Shown piece after piece: positions 48,063-59,610 of a stretch of 64,000 nucleotides of DNA; the stretch's first letter is position 1; the number at the start of each line of letters is the position of its first letter. This stretch comes from Piedraia hortae CBS 480.64. Taxonomy: Eukaryota. Below the pieces are notes generated by a model. It was not told the origin of the DNA. It saw only the letters and a program-made list of their open reading frames with translations, and ran no database searches. A program made the position numbers and the translations under genes. The stretch lies in NCBI GenBank assembly GCA_010093745.1, contig MU005964.1, positions 186,001 to 250,000 of the forward strand. The letters are read 5' to 3'.

Positions 48063-48605
48063 TCATACGTCTTCGTTCCCCATGTGCAAACCAGTCAGGT
48101 ACTTGTACATCATCAGCATGTCCTCGGTATCGTTGCATACGAGCGAGGGACCCCGCTTTTTCTTATCAATGTTAACTTCAAGACGCAGCGGTACATCAGT
48201 ATGAAGACTCACAGATGTGTGTGCGGCGTCTTCGCATACGAACGAGGGGGCCTCCTTCGAATACTGATGTTAACTTCAGGACGCATTGGTTCATTGGTAT
48301 GAAGACTTACAGGTGCGTGTACTTCTCCTCCGTCAGAGGAGTAAATGATTTTTTTTGGCGGTGGCAGCTACTTTAAATTTGGCTTCCGCTTCAGCTTTGG
48401 CTGCGGCTTCAGCAGTGGCTGCTTCACGGCGCTGTCGTTTACGCTAGCCTCCTGCCCTGCGATTGTTCCTCTTCTTGGACTTTTGGGCAGGCTAAATGTC
48501 TTCCGCCTCAATAGGCGTGATTGCCTCCGATTCATCGCTCAGCTGTACGACGGGCGAGCGGTCCTTAGCAGCCTTCTCCGTTACTGGCTCACTCGTGTGC
48601 TGCAT
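48063..48605 (-). pseudogene. Orphan pseudogene with a duplicated exon-intron unit and two in-frame TAG stops
   Basis: MQHTSEPV...EDI*PAQKSKK...GG*RKRQRREAATAEAAAKAEAE..., then two homologous GTRAGT...TTAAC...AG introns whose removal keeps the frame open to TGA 48063. Confidence 0.6.
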
Positions 48606-48628
48606 GATTGCGCAAATCTATGAGTTAA

Positions 48629-48760
48629 GTGTGTGTGTGTGTGTGTGCGCGTGTGCATGTGTGTATGGGTATGTGTATGAGGTGCATGGGTGGGTGTCTT
48701 GTGTGTGTGTATGCGCGTGTGTGCAGATGTTTGTGTGTGCGTGTGTATGCGAAAAAGTGT
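48629..48760. repeat. Degenerate (TG)n/(CA)n microsatellite
   Basis: About 130 bp of alternating purine-pyrimidine sequence, mostly TG. Confidence 0.9.
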
Positions 48761-48896
48761 GCAATCGTGACAGAACACCGTTCAAATATTCACTAATGAG
48801 TCACGAGAAAAATTTGACAGATTGGTAAGAGTTATTTTGCTTGCCTTTACCGGGAGGTCGAATTAGTTCATTGTTGTTAGCCAATCGTTGAACCTA

Positions 48897-49560
48897 TCAC
48901 ATCCCGTAGGGGAAAACCAGAGCAGTCACCGTAGGCGCATTTGTCTTGCTGCCCGAACAGATGTGGAATTTCAGTTGATCCTTCTTGTATGATTGGAGGC
49001 GGAGGCGGAGGTCTTCAAGGCCCATCCAGCTTGAGTCCAGGGCGCGAGGATCCGCTAGCGCTTGCTCTTCTCCATTGTGATCAACATTACCCCCTTGCTG
49101 CCTGTTGGCAAACGAGTAGTTTGACACAACCTTGATGTGGACCTTGTCGTCTTCTTCACCGGTCGGGGTCACCGAGATACTTGTGCACTTGAAGGGCTGA
49201 CGGATTATATCCCGCCCATGCTCCTTCTGGAGTTCAAGCATTGTGTGTTCGACCATAATGCGACGGTCGTCGCTGCAATACTTGTGGGTTTCTTCATAAG
49301 CCTTCTGCTGCTCATCAAGGCTGTTCCTGACCAGCCTTTTGATTGGCTCGTTCACGCTCATGTCGAGGGGCTGGAGGCTGGACATGCAGCCGGCGGCATT
49401 CATGCCGATGGTGGCCTTCAGCTCCTTGCAGGTTTCCTTTCTCGTCGGTTTTGTGGAAGCTGGCGTGATTACACACCAGCAACCATTCTTCGCTGTTTGG
49501 CGCGAATTTTGGTGCAATGTCCCTATGCAATTGGCCAATCACGAGATCACCATTGTTCCA
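48897..49560 (-). mobile_element. Relic of a pogo/Fot1-type (Tc1-mariner, DDE_1) transposase
   Basis: LLVCNHASFHKT in one frame (cf. LLVLD.H.SH) and GCMSSLQPLDMSVNEPIK in another (cf. TS.LQPLDV.VN.PFK), so the gene is frameshifted. No terminal inverted repeats recognised. Confidence 0.8.
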
Positions 49561-51265
49561 GGCCTTGTCATTGAAGGCAGTATCAACTCAAGGGTGGTGT
49601 TTACCCCTTTCCTCCTGCGTGGTGTTGCCTTGGCCGTGAAAGATTAGAAGGACATTCAAAAGCTCTCCGTCAGCGGCTATCCAGACGACGGCAGTTGCCT
49701 TCCGGTGGTCCCAATATCCTCAGGAAGATACTCGTCCCACCAAGCACGGCACTACGGCAGGTAACGCCAGACCACCGGGCCGCGGATTGCTCCATGACGC
49801 TGGCATGTCTATCAGCAGAGAATTTCACCGGCTTCTGGTAATAGCGGCGCGGCGGATGCCGTATGACCCTCATCGCTGCAAACAGATTGGCTATTCTGCA
49901 CCGCCATATAAAGAAATCGTATGTCCATGTTGCGGTGACTTTGGCCATTTGCAGCGTGACTTGACTAGGCCAGGAATTTTGGTCGTCCTCCAGATGGCGG
50001 ACGACAGAGAGGAGGATTCGCTCGTTGGCAGCGACTTGAGGTCGCCCTTGAAGCCTGACAGGATTCCCTGGCGGATCCTTGTCAGGCTGTCGACGACGCG
50101 ATTGTGAGAATCGGCTGGTCTTGTTATAATTGCACTTGGGGCAATTGACATGGTTGACAAGCTCAGGGATCTGAGTGTCGGCACAAAAACCGCACAGCCC
50201 AATGAGCAACTCTTGTGATGTAAATCAGTTGGCAGGTCATGTTTTCGCTGGACACTGCCTACTTCGTGGCATTGTTATCGGCCCATTCCGCCGGCTGCCA
50301 TGGTTGCCAACGGATACGATTCCACAGGAACGGGTAGCCGGCCTGGAAAATATAGATGTTTGATGCCTGGAGATAGAGAGCAACGACCTGATCAAACTCG
50401 CTTTGGCAATCTACGCCTCTCCTTCCTGTGGCGACTCAATCGCGTCCAGCCGCTGCTCAACATCGTCGAGCTTGTTGCTAGCATAGATGATTCGTACCTG
50501 CCGGCATATCGGAGTATTACTGATACTCGAAATCTTTACACATGCAAGCCGCTAATTGCGGGGCTTTTAAGGTGAAATGAGAGCCGGTGAAAAGATTCGC
50601 TTGGTTTCATGAGGGGAAACCCCTCACCAGCCACTGTTTCGCGAATGACAACATGCTTTGGGTTGGGATTTTATTGTTAATGGTCTGCTTGCTTTCGTTG
50701 TGGATCTTCAGGCTTGGCGTCAGGCATCCAGGTTAAGGACTGTAAACCCCACTCTCCAACAGCTCGGTCGGTTCGCCTTCTTCGTTCCACCTGGAGACCG
50801 GTGGGGGATGAAACACAATCGACTAGTAATCGATGAATGCTCGAATGAGACCACTGGAACGCAGATGTTGCAAGAATGACGAACTGCCATTTTCCCTCCA
50901 TTAGTCTACCGCTACGTCTAAGGCGGTTTCAGTCGTGCTGGGAACATATTGCTTTGGGTCTTGTTGTTATTAGTCTCACGCCGCATTGGGCTGATCTGAC
51001 ACATTTTGTGACTCTGCTCAACATCAGGCGCTCCGAAGCGTATCCCATCATGCGGGGTGCTATGTAGATGAGGCTCGACCGGGCAAATAAACCGCCAGAG
51101 CTAGGCGACTTTTGAACACAAGCTTAACAGCCTGACTACTTGTAGCGTAGCATAGCCATTATCGATGGATAATGTCTCCTAGCGTGACCACCTACCACGG
51201 ATTAGGAAGGAAGGACCAAAAAAACTTTTTTTGTGAGGTTGCAGGCATCCCCCCACGCCGAGAAG

Positions 51266-53614
51266 ATGGCGAAAAAGAAAGCGGCGGCGGCGGCGGATAA
51301 CTCGCAGCCAGCGGCGTACTTGACCATTTGCCGGAGCAAGTGCGTAGGCGACTTTCTACCGTAATTGCATATACTGACGGCACCCCAAAGACACTGGCGA
51401 TACATCTCATCCTTTCACGGGCCATGGCTGCAGCTACCGACGGAGATCTTGGAGTCGCTGGCGCACCAGAACTATGTGATGCCGGCGCCGCGCTTGGTCG
51501 ATGCGAGCGTCTTCTACGACGTTGTGCGCATCCGCAAGTACATTGACGAGGCCGCCCACGACTCTGTGCGAGCATCTACAGGCATCAACAACCCGCTGTC
51601 ATCGTCGAACGGCCGCGGCGAGTACTTCGGGAGCTCGACGGGCATGTCGGCGCCTCAACTCAGTCGTGAACGCATATACAAGGTGCGCCAGAAGGCGGCC
51701 AAGCTGCTCAGCAAGGCCTTTATGCTAGACGAGGTCGCTGCCAGCGTCGCAACCATGCAGGCTACAAGCACCGTTGAAGACGTTGGCCTTCACGTCCTTA
51801 AGCGAGATCCGCATAACCTCGAAGCAAAATACGTGCATTATTTCCTAGAAAAGATTCCGTCGCGAGCCATGGATCTGTATACGCCCCTCGAGCCGCTGGA
51901 CGAAATTATTGCCGGCTTGCCAATGGAACTTCAGCCTGCCGCCCTGAGGACTCGCGCGTTGGTGAAGATCTTCCAGAAGAGCTACCAGAGTGCTGCTGTC
52001 GATCTAACCTCGGCCCTGGCCATTTTGGAGGAGCAGAAGAAAGTGCATGGTCAGCGCATGCAGCAGATTGAATTGAAGAGCAGGATGCCCACGAAGGGCA
52101 AATTCGATTGGCGAACGATTCCGTACCTGAAAGAGGAGGAGCAGCCGCGCGGCTTGGAGCAGCAGCTATATTTTAACCGGGCAGGGGTATATCTTACAAT
52201 GGCTTGCTTGGCTGTTGAAGAAGCATTGGGGCCGAAAGAATCGGAGAGCGAGGCTGTAGATGGGGAAAACGAGAAAGAAGGAAAGGAAAACTGGTCCAAG
52301 AAGAACGGGAAGCAAACCAATGGCGCAAAGAAGCCCATCGACCCAAAAGAGGCAGAAAATGCTCGTGAGGAAGCTAAGAAACGCGTCAAGATAAATGCCA
52401 AGCGTGCTCTCAAGAATTATCTCTTGTTTCTATCCCATCTCGACTATTCGCCCGGCCTGCCAAGGGATGCCACTAGGAAATTAGTTAGGGACATATGGTT
52501 CTCAGCGCGGGAGAAGGATAGCAGGAATAAAGAGGCTAATGACGATTTGCGCAAAGACCTCCACGGCAAAGCCCTTGCGATACGCACTCCGCCTCGAGCA
52601 TCGTCTCCGGACGTAGGGGATATTGACTGGCCGCGCCCGAGGACTTACCCAGCAAGTGAGCTGTTTTCTGCCAAGCCGCCTCCCGATCTGCCTCCCTTTC
52701 CCTGGGAAGCTGAGAGTCCCCAAGAACCCACGGGGCCCTACGACGTGCACGCAGAATCCATCAGCAGGGAAGCCGTCACGTACCACCCGTTGTTGACCGA
52801 TGCCCTTCACTCTCTTTTGCTGACTCACGCCTTGCTACAAACCAGCCCCAAGGAACTCCAGCGCCACGCCTACAATGCAGCCCGCTTGGCGAAAGTTGCG
52901 GACGGCTATCCCATTTTCCAAGCCGCTCGTTCTCCTTCGCGAGCCGACTGGATGGACATTCTCCGGCGCGTAGGGCCTGATTGGCTGAACCTCGATGCGA
53001 GCTGGCAGAGCCTTTGTTCGCCGCAGCAGACGTTCCACCCCTCGGGTACCACAGGGAACGGAACGCATCTAAACGAGGTTGATGCGGATGGGGAAGTGCA
53101 CAACGGGGCCAGAGAGGACGACGTCGCGCTGGCCGGTGCCTTGGCAGCCTCGGCGATTGGCTCGCGGAAGCCTCTGGTCAAGTCTGAAAGCCCCGAGGAG
53201 AAGAGAGAGCGAATCAAACGGGAGTGTATACTCGAAGCGCTCTCCGACGACCGTGTCGTTGACCATGAGAGCTTTCAACGTGCTGTTGAGGCTCACGAGG
53301 AGAGGGCATTTGCTGATGATAGGCTTACTACCTCCAGCCATGGTGCGAATTCAAAGGCTATTGCTGAAAAGGGACCTCATCATCATACCGCTTGGCCTCT
53401 CCCGTTGCCTACGTTGAGGGACAAGAAAGTCTTGCTGAATCCTAAGAGGTTTGAAGAAAAGGAATACCCCATCACGACTGAGAGAGCCGAAGCTGTTACT
53501 CGTTGGGTCAAAGCTGCGCCCGTGGTGACGGTGAAGGGAGCAACTAAAAGGAAGAAAAAGGCAAAGGGTGGTGAGCAGCCGTTGAACACTCAAGTCGGCT
53601 TGGACAGTCATTAG
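51266..53614 (+). CDS. Hypothetical fungal protein with TPR-like helices
   Basis: Exon 51266-51339 plus intron 51340-51390 gives ICRSK|HWRYISSFHGPWLQL. LDEVAASVATMQ, EKIPSR and GYPIFQAARSPSRADW blocks. Confidence 0.85.
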
Positions 53615-53730
53615 GATAGCATTAATGCCTATCGATTGCAAAGCCGCTTTGGAGCTCCCTTGCATCACACGGTCAGTGCAGATGGTTCGTTTGTTCTGTG
53701 CCGGGAAGATCTGAGATCAGTACTGCCTAA

Positions 53731-54871
53731 CTAATCGTCGTCCCGGGGTAAAAGATTCCCTGTTATGCTAAACAGCTTCGTCTCCGCCACTGCTCCGAAA
53801 CCGTCAATCTGGCGAGCATATTGGTCCACCTGTCGCCCAATGAGCATCGTCTCGAAACGGCTTGGCTCAGTGGGAAGCTTGAAGAGTTTCGTCCACTCGT
53901 CCTCGGGCAAAAGTGGCTGCTTTTGCTGTGCACGCAGCGCATTCTCGCTCTTTCGCTTTTGTTGCCATGCCGCGATCTTGGCCTCTTCACGGGCGCGGGA
54001 TCGCTGGTAGTATTGTGTGTTGTTCTGCTCCGTCTGATGAGCGTCGACTGCCTCGGAGATAAGCTCACTCGTCTTCTCGAGAAAGGGATCGATGGAGAGC
54101 TCAAGATTGTCAAAGTTGGGGTAAAGCGTGCTTGAGGAAATCCGGCCGCGCAAGATCTCCGCTACCGAAGCCGGCAAGTGCACTGAGTCCTCGGGAGGCG
54201 GTGAAGGTAGTTGGTGCAGGTAACAGGTCAGAAGATGTGAGTTGTACACCGACACGGGGTATTCTATGACGATGTCCTGGAAGCGGAGACCCGACTTCTG
54301 CAAACTAGATCAGTCAGCGTTATTGTAAAAACATGCCGGTGGGTTCCTACCTCTCACTGGTGAACTTCTTCTCCTGGTATGCCGCCAGAAACTGCGGGCT
54401 CAGGCGGTATGCCTTAAGGTGTAAACTGCCTTGCGAGCTCCGAGAGACATCAAAGACCAATGCAACGCTCTGGTCGCCTTCACGGCTCTGGTAAAAGGCA
54501 AGGTTCTCGATAAATGCCGGAGTGACGAAGCTCCCCATTGAGCAGCTCATGTACCATCCCACTGACTGTGCATCTACATTGACCTCCCGCAGCATATTGA
54601 TCATTTCCGTCTCGTATTTTTGCGCCAATTTCGTGCGGGGTGCAGCAAGAGCGTGTGCGGCCTGGTCGGCTTGATGGTAAGGGTCTGCGGAATTAAAGTG
54701 GCCAGAGGGTTGTTCTACGGGAAAAGGAAAGGCATTTGTGACCTGAAGCTGGGAATCGACGTCCATGCCAAGAATGCATCCTGTAGCGGGTGCAGGAAAG
54801 GCAGATGTGCTGTGTTTGATGATACGCATCACGGCCAAGGCGGTGACCTGGACTTCTTGAATCGAGGCCAT
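53731..54871 (-). CDS. EIF3H: Translation initiation factor eIF3 subunit H (MPN domain)
   Basis: VMRIIKHS, ATGCILGMD, LREVNVD...VGWY, DVSRSSQG, EDEWTKLFKLP.EPSR. Intron 54350-54305. Confidence 0.93.
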
Positions 54872-55189
54872 GGTGGAGGAGGTATTGGCGCACAACCTTT
54901 AGCTTCAGGGCGAGTGTGCGGTCGATAATCGATATCACGTGATGCCAAGAGTTTGCAAACCGTACGGTAATAGACGTTATGATAAACGGCCGCGTCATCA
55001 CGCGCAGCGGCCTGTCAGTGACATCAGAAGACCCTGCGCTGCCCGCTGCCCCCCACATGGTTGCCATGTTCGCCCGCACGGGACCGAGATGGCGGCAGTG
55101 GATCAGGCAAGGACCCGGGAAACCGGTTGGTAACCCTCGGACCCTGATTTGGTTTGCGAGATTTGGTGGCCCTAAATTGATTGATTTGG

Positions 55190-55304
55190 CCAATTAAGGG
55201 TAGCCATGTGGTAGAGCAACCTTGAGAGATGTACCCCAGGCTAAACCCCATTAGGGATTGGCGGTGACGCGGGCCAATGGCAGGCGGCGATAAAACTGGC
55301 CAAT
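55190..55304. promoter_or_regulatory. Cluster of four CCAAT boxes in the eIF3h / C2H2 factor divergent intergenic region
   Basis: CCAAT at 55190, 55274 and 55300, and ATTGG at 55257. Confidence 0.45.
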
Positions 55305-55759
55305 GGAAGATGTGGCGCAGAAGCAGGGCCCGCCAAGCCAGACGAGGGCGGATCTGCAATCACCGATCTGAGGGCGACGCGGTTTACGGCGACAGGGAGC
55401 CCCGACGTTGTCACAACCTACTCATGGTAGCTGCGCGATATAGTGGGCCCCCCGTCAGGGAGAAGGACGGGTAGATGACAGGTGAGGCAGGCACACAGAC
55501 CTGGGGTCACAGACAACAGACAACGGGGGGAAGCGGCCGGGGAGTGGTGGTGGACCTTAATTCAATACCAACGCCACTAGCCTGAATCTCCGAGGCTTCC
55601 AGATGGGCCACGCGGGAACCTGGCTCCGGCAACAGCCCGGTGGATAGCCGGTGTGTATATGTAGACGAGATGCCTTCAGCGTCTCCGGCGTCTGGTTTCT
55701 GCGTTTCTGCGCCGCTGCTCTCCCAGTCCCTCTGTCTCTAACTCCCTTTTCTTTACCCA

Positions 55760-56731
55760 ATGGACGGCAGGAACTCGTCTGGCAAAATCGTATCGCTGCT
55801 CAACAGTGACGTAGCCGCACCCGCCCCGCCACTCCTCCCCTTTGCCCTGCCACCGCTGCTGCTGCGAACGCCCTCAACTCGCGCATCTACACCGTCGCCC
55901 CACACACCCTCGCTCGCGTGCAGTGACAGTTGCGATTCTCCCTTTTCGCCGCAGACGCCGCGCGACTCCATAATGGACCCTCGTGATTATTACTATCACC
56001 AGCAGCCGCAGCAGCCGCAGCCGCAGTCGCAGCCGCAGCAGCCGACGTACCAGCCGCCGCACTATCCGCCTCACGCCCACCCCGCGTATGCGCCGCCGCC
56101 CGTCGCCATCCCCGCGCCGCCGTCGGGTTCAGCCAAGCCGGCGCGCAAGAGCCATTACCCATGTCCCATGGCGAAGCAGTTTGGCTGCACCGACTTCTTC
56201 ACCACGTCGGGTCACGCCGCGCGCCACGCGAAGAAGCATACCGGTAAAAAGGATGCTTTCTGCCCTGAATGTAGCAAGGCGTTCACGCGCAAGGACAACA
56301 TGGAGCAGCACCGGCGCACGCACCAGACGGGCCGCGCCAGTTCGCGTCCAGCCGAGAGCCGCGTAGCCAAGAGCAAGAAGCCCGCCAAGAAGCCGGGGAC
56401 CAAGCCCGACGAGATCGTCATCAACCCGCCCGTGGCCAGCTCACCCTACTATGCGCCGGGCTCGTCGATGGATCCGGGCCCGGTTCCACCCTTGCCCATG
56501 GCGGCCATGGACCCTAAGCATCCGCAGTCCCACCACCGCGGCTACCAACAGCATGTTCCTCTGCCGCCCCCTCATGGCGTTGACTTTTCAAATCCGCCAT
56601 CTCAGCTGCTTCAAGGAGACCCCGCGTTGCACTACCCTTACCCTTCACCGGGTCAATCAGCCGGTCTAGATAACCTGGCCCGGGCCGCTAGTCAGCACCG
56701 CCATCTCGAGTCCGCCTCAGTCTCACCGTGA
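55760..56731 (+). CDS. Two-finger C2H2 transcription factor (Nrg1-like)
   Basis: CPMAKQFGCTDFFTTSGHAARHAKKH-TGKK-CPECSKAFTRKDNMEQHRRTH. The FTTSGH.ARH recognition helix matches Nrg1. Confidence 0.88.
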   Translation: MDGRNSSGKIVSLLNSDVAAPAPPLLPFALPPLLLRTPSTRASTPSPHTPSLACSDSCDSPFSPQTPRDSIMDPRDYYYHQQPQQPQPQSQPQQPTYQPPHYPPHAHPAYAPPPVAIPAPPSGSAKPARKSHYPCPMAKQFGCTDFFTTSGHAARHAKKHTGKKDAFCPECSKAFTRKDNMEQHRRTHQTGRASSRPAESRVAKSKKPAKKPGTKPDEIVINPPVASSPYYAPGSSMDPGPVPPLPMAAMDPKHPQSHHRGYQQHVPLPPPHGVDFSNPPSQLLQGDPALHYPYPSPGQSAGLDNLARAASQHRHLESASVSP

Positions 56732-57527
56732 AGGCAAAAGAATGTTTGATTTTTTCACTCGAGTGTTGTTTCCGAATCAATGTTTAGATACCCTATGTAA
56801 TCTTTTTTTTTTCATGTTTACTCTGAAAGTATTCTGACCCCGCAGGCGGGGGATGGTGGGGGTTTGGAAGAGGGGTTCGATACGTGGTGCATTGCATTTG
56901 CATGCCCGTTATATATGTTGCGCGTGGTCTGCCGCAAACCGGGTTTCTGCATCTGCATATCTCCGTCTGCAGCTGCAACATGTATCTGAGTTTAAACAAC
57001 CGCGTCTGCAGGTTCAAAACCTGTTCTTCTATCAAATGTTTTTTTTCCTTTTTCTTTCTTTTTGCTGATGAAACCATATGTGAATCTTCCGCCAACTTTT
57101 TCCCTTTGAACTCGAAAAAGAAAAAACGGAAGTGAAGTCTGTGATATCAGCCATCCTGGGGCTGCAACGAAGCCAATTTACGAATTCTACAGCCCTGTCA
57201 AAGAACAAAACAAATCAAACCATTTGAACATACCGAATTGTGTACCTGACAATACCTCTCCAAGATTCCCCCCCCCTCTCTTGTTTGCCTACAAACAACA
57301 TCCTGTGCAACAGTGCATGCCGTAACTATCTCCAAACAAACAGTGACGAACTCCAAATCACCCCTCCACACAAACAGTGCCGTCTTGTCCTGCCTCCCAA
57401 TTCGCTCTTGACGCAAACGTTTGATTCTAATATGTAGGGCGTGGAATCTGAGCGTACTCCCTCCTCTTCCATTTCCCTCCCACTTGACTGAACTGCTTGC
57501 TTACTGATATATACCCCGTCCAAAACC

Positions 57528-57962
57528 ATGAGTCCATCCTCAAGTCAAAAGTCGCGTAGCAGCTACGTCTGGGTCCGATCTGGATGGAACGGCGGAAGCG
57601 ACTCTGAGTCTGGCAATGAGACGACGCCATCGGACAGTTCCTCTGGTACGGACAGCAGCTCCGAGGGCGAGACGGCAGACAGCGATTTCGATAGCTGGTC
57701 CGAGGGTTATGAGACTGGAAGTGACAGGACCGACAGTGTGTCTGGGGATAGCGAGGGGTATGAGACGGGGAGTGATCGAACGGATAGCGTTTCGTCTGGA
57801 TCCGATTTTGGGAGTGGTTATGAAGCGTGGGAGAGGGAGTATTCTTATCACTCGTCTCGGAACACGGAGGAGCATGTTTACTATGAAGGGGGTTACGAAA
57901 CGGGAAGCGAGTCTAGCGATTCGGATGTCGGGTCAGGATCTGAGAGTGATAGTTCAGATTGA
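57528..57962 (+). CDS. Orphan Ser/Asp/Glu/Gly-rich protein with an internal peptide repeat
   Basis: EGYETGSDRTDSVS occurs twice with only synonymous differences. The start could be upstream. Confidence 0.65.
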   Translation: MSPSSSQKSRSSYVWVRSGWNGGSDSESGNETTPSDSSSGTDSSSEGETADSDFDSWSEGYETGSDRTDSVSGDSEGYETGSDRTDSVSSGSDFGSGYEAWEREYSYHSSRNTEEHVYYEGGYETGSESSDSDVGSGSESDSSD

Positions 57963-58041
57963 AGAATGGCTAGATCGCTGTTTGAAGCATCATCGTCATC
58001 GTAACGGTTAAAGGCATCCAGTGAAATTGTAACATACCAAA

Positions 58042-58434
58042 TCAATCTTCCCAAATAGCTTTCTTCGCCTTCTCCGCCTCTTCCCTATCCTTTTTGGCCT
58101 TCTCCCGCCTCTTTAATTCATGCTCCCGCATCGCGGAATCATAACTCCTCTGCTCCGCAGTCCTTTTGGGTAACTTAGCTCCTATCCCCGCCGCGATCAG
58201 CCGCGAGGCTGTCGTGAAAGATTTATCAGGTCGTCTCTCTGGTACTATCTTGGCAGTAGTAGAGGGCGAAGACCATTCGTCAGTCCATGCATCTGCACCT
58301 TCTGAAGTGGTAGTTTTTTCGTTCTTGTGCTTTATGGGTTGCTGCGCATCTCGCTCCTCGGCTTCTTCCCATGATTCGGGAACTTGGTCTGTATCATCGT
58401 CCCAGGATTCGGGTGTGGTCTTGGAATGTGGCAT
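58042..58434 (-). CDS. Hypothetical fungal protein (charged, coiled-coil C-terminus)
   Basis: PESWD/PESWEE motifs, RRPDKS...ASRLIAAGIG.K.PKRT.EQR.YD and KAIWED* terminus. Confidence 0.75.
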   Translation of the reverse strand: MPHSKTTPESWDDDTDQVPESWEEAEERDAQQPIKHKNEKTTTSEGADAWTDEWSSPSTTAKIVPERRPDKSFTTASRLIAAGIGAKLPKRTAEQRSYDSAMREHELKRREKAKKDREEAEKAKKAIWED

Positions 58435-59216
58435 TGTGCGAATAGATAGTTGGGGGAACAACGTGGGTTTGGTGGAGGTGAACCAATTTTAGCCTGTCAG
58501 GCAGGGATCCTACATGACCCCGCATTCTTCACGACACCTCAGTTGCAACATGTCGACTCGAGTTGGCCTGGTTGCGTGCTCGTGGGGTTTAGGAATTCCT
58601 AAACTAGATTTTCTGGTTGACGGATGCATGTCAGCTATCGGTATAGATAAGAACTGATAGGCTCCCAAGTGTGGCTGAACTACTATGCATACGAGGTTGA
58701 ACAACATCACTTCAGAGGAGATTTTCCTGACCGCCAAAGGAACTGGAAGGAGCGCACACTGTTGAAACGTCTGCTTTGATTAAATGCTTGTTTGCGTTGG
58801 TTCCCCACCATTTGATGGTCCACTCCATGGCACTTCTAACGCGACCGCCGCCGGACGAATTGGGTTAATTAATATTGTTGCATTCTGGCAAGCCTATCTC
58901 GCTAGTCTCGCTTGTATATTTTCATCAAGACATTGTGCAACCTTTGGAAGTTTCCTCAGAATAGAGCAACAGTCATCAGAGTGTACTCTTGCTGTTCACG
59001 GTTCAAGCAAAGCAAACGGAACGAAACAGGTTGGTCCAATTCAGCCCCAGCAAGACCGTATCAGAGTAGAAAAATGGGCGTAAAGACATTGACGGGTGAA
59101 GCGATCATGCCCTCTAAACGATCTTTTCAGCTGGAACGCAGACAAAATAGTACTACATTAGACACCGCCCATGTATCGCCTCCGCATAGAAATCGTGCAT
59201 GCATTCGTTCTCGTCT

Positions 59217-59610
59217 TTATGCCGCGCCTCCGATCTGCTCCTGATGAACCTCCAGCACGTCTCCATCCGCCATGTCAAGCTATCGCCAATTAGTCAGCAA
59301 TCTAACTCACCTATATCGACGCAACACTCACACTCGCAGGGTTATCCGTAGGATTGACACGCTGCCCATCAAACAGGAAACGACAGCTTCGAATGTCCTT
59401 CCCGGAGCGATCGCAGAAGGCATCCATCAGTTTCTTCAGCTGAGTCGTTCGCTTGATCTTGAAGAAGACCTCGTTGTTGCTGTCTGTAACTTTGATGTTC
59501 AGGTGCTCACCGCCGGAGCCGGCGGCGGCGGCGGCAGCGGCTGCTACAGCCTTGGAGCTGCTGCCTTCAACTTTTTCGGGAGCTGCTGAGGGAGAGTGCT
59601 TTTCGGTCAT
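59217..59610 (-). CDS. SMT3: Small ubiquitin-like modifier SUMO
   Basis: EHLNIKVTD.NNEVFFKIKRTTQLKKLMDAFC. Intron 59331-59280 gives LDMADGDVLEVHQEQIGG-AA*. Confidence 0.97.

Noticed and set aside
10403..48605. Stop-codon reassignment (TAA/TAG as Gln), suggested by in-frame stops in two decayed frames
   Set aside because: Conserved genes end normally at TAA (PGK1, SUMO, MMS2) and TAG (SEM1, eIF3h, carbonic anhydrase), with no internal stops.
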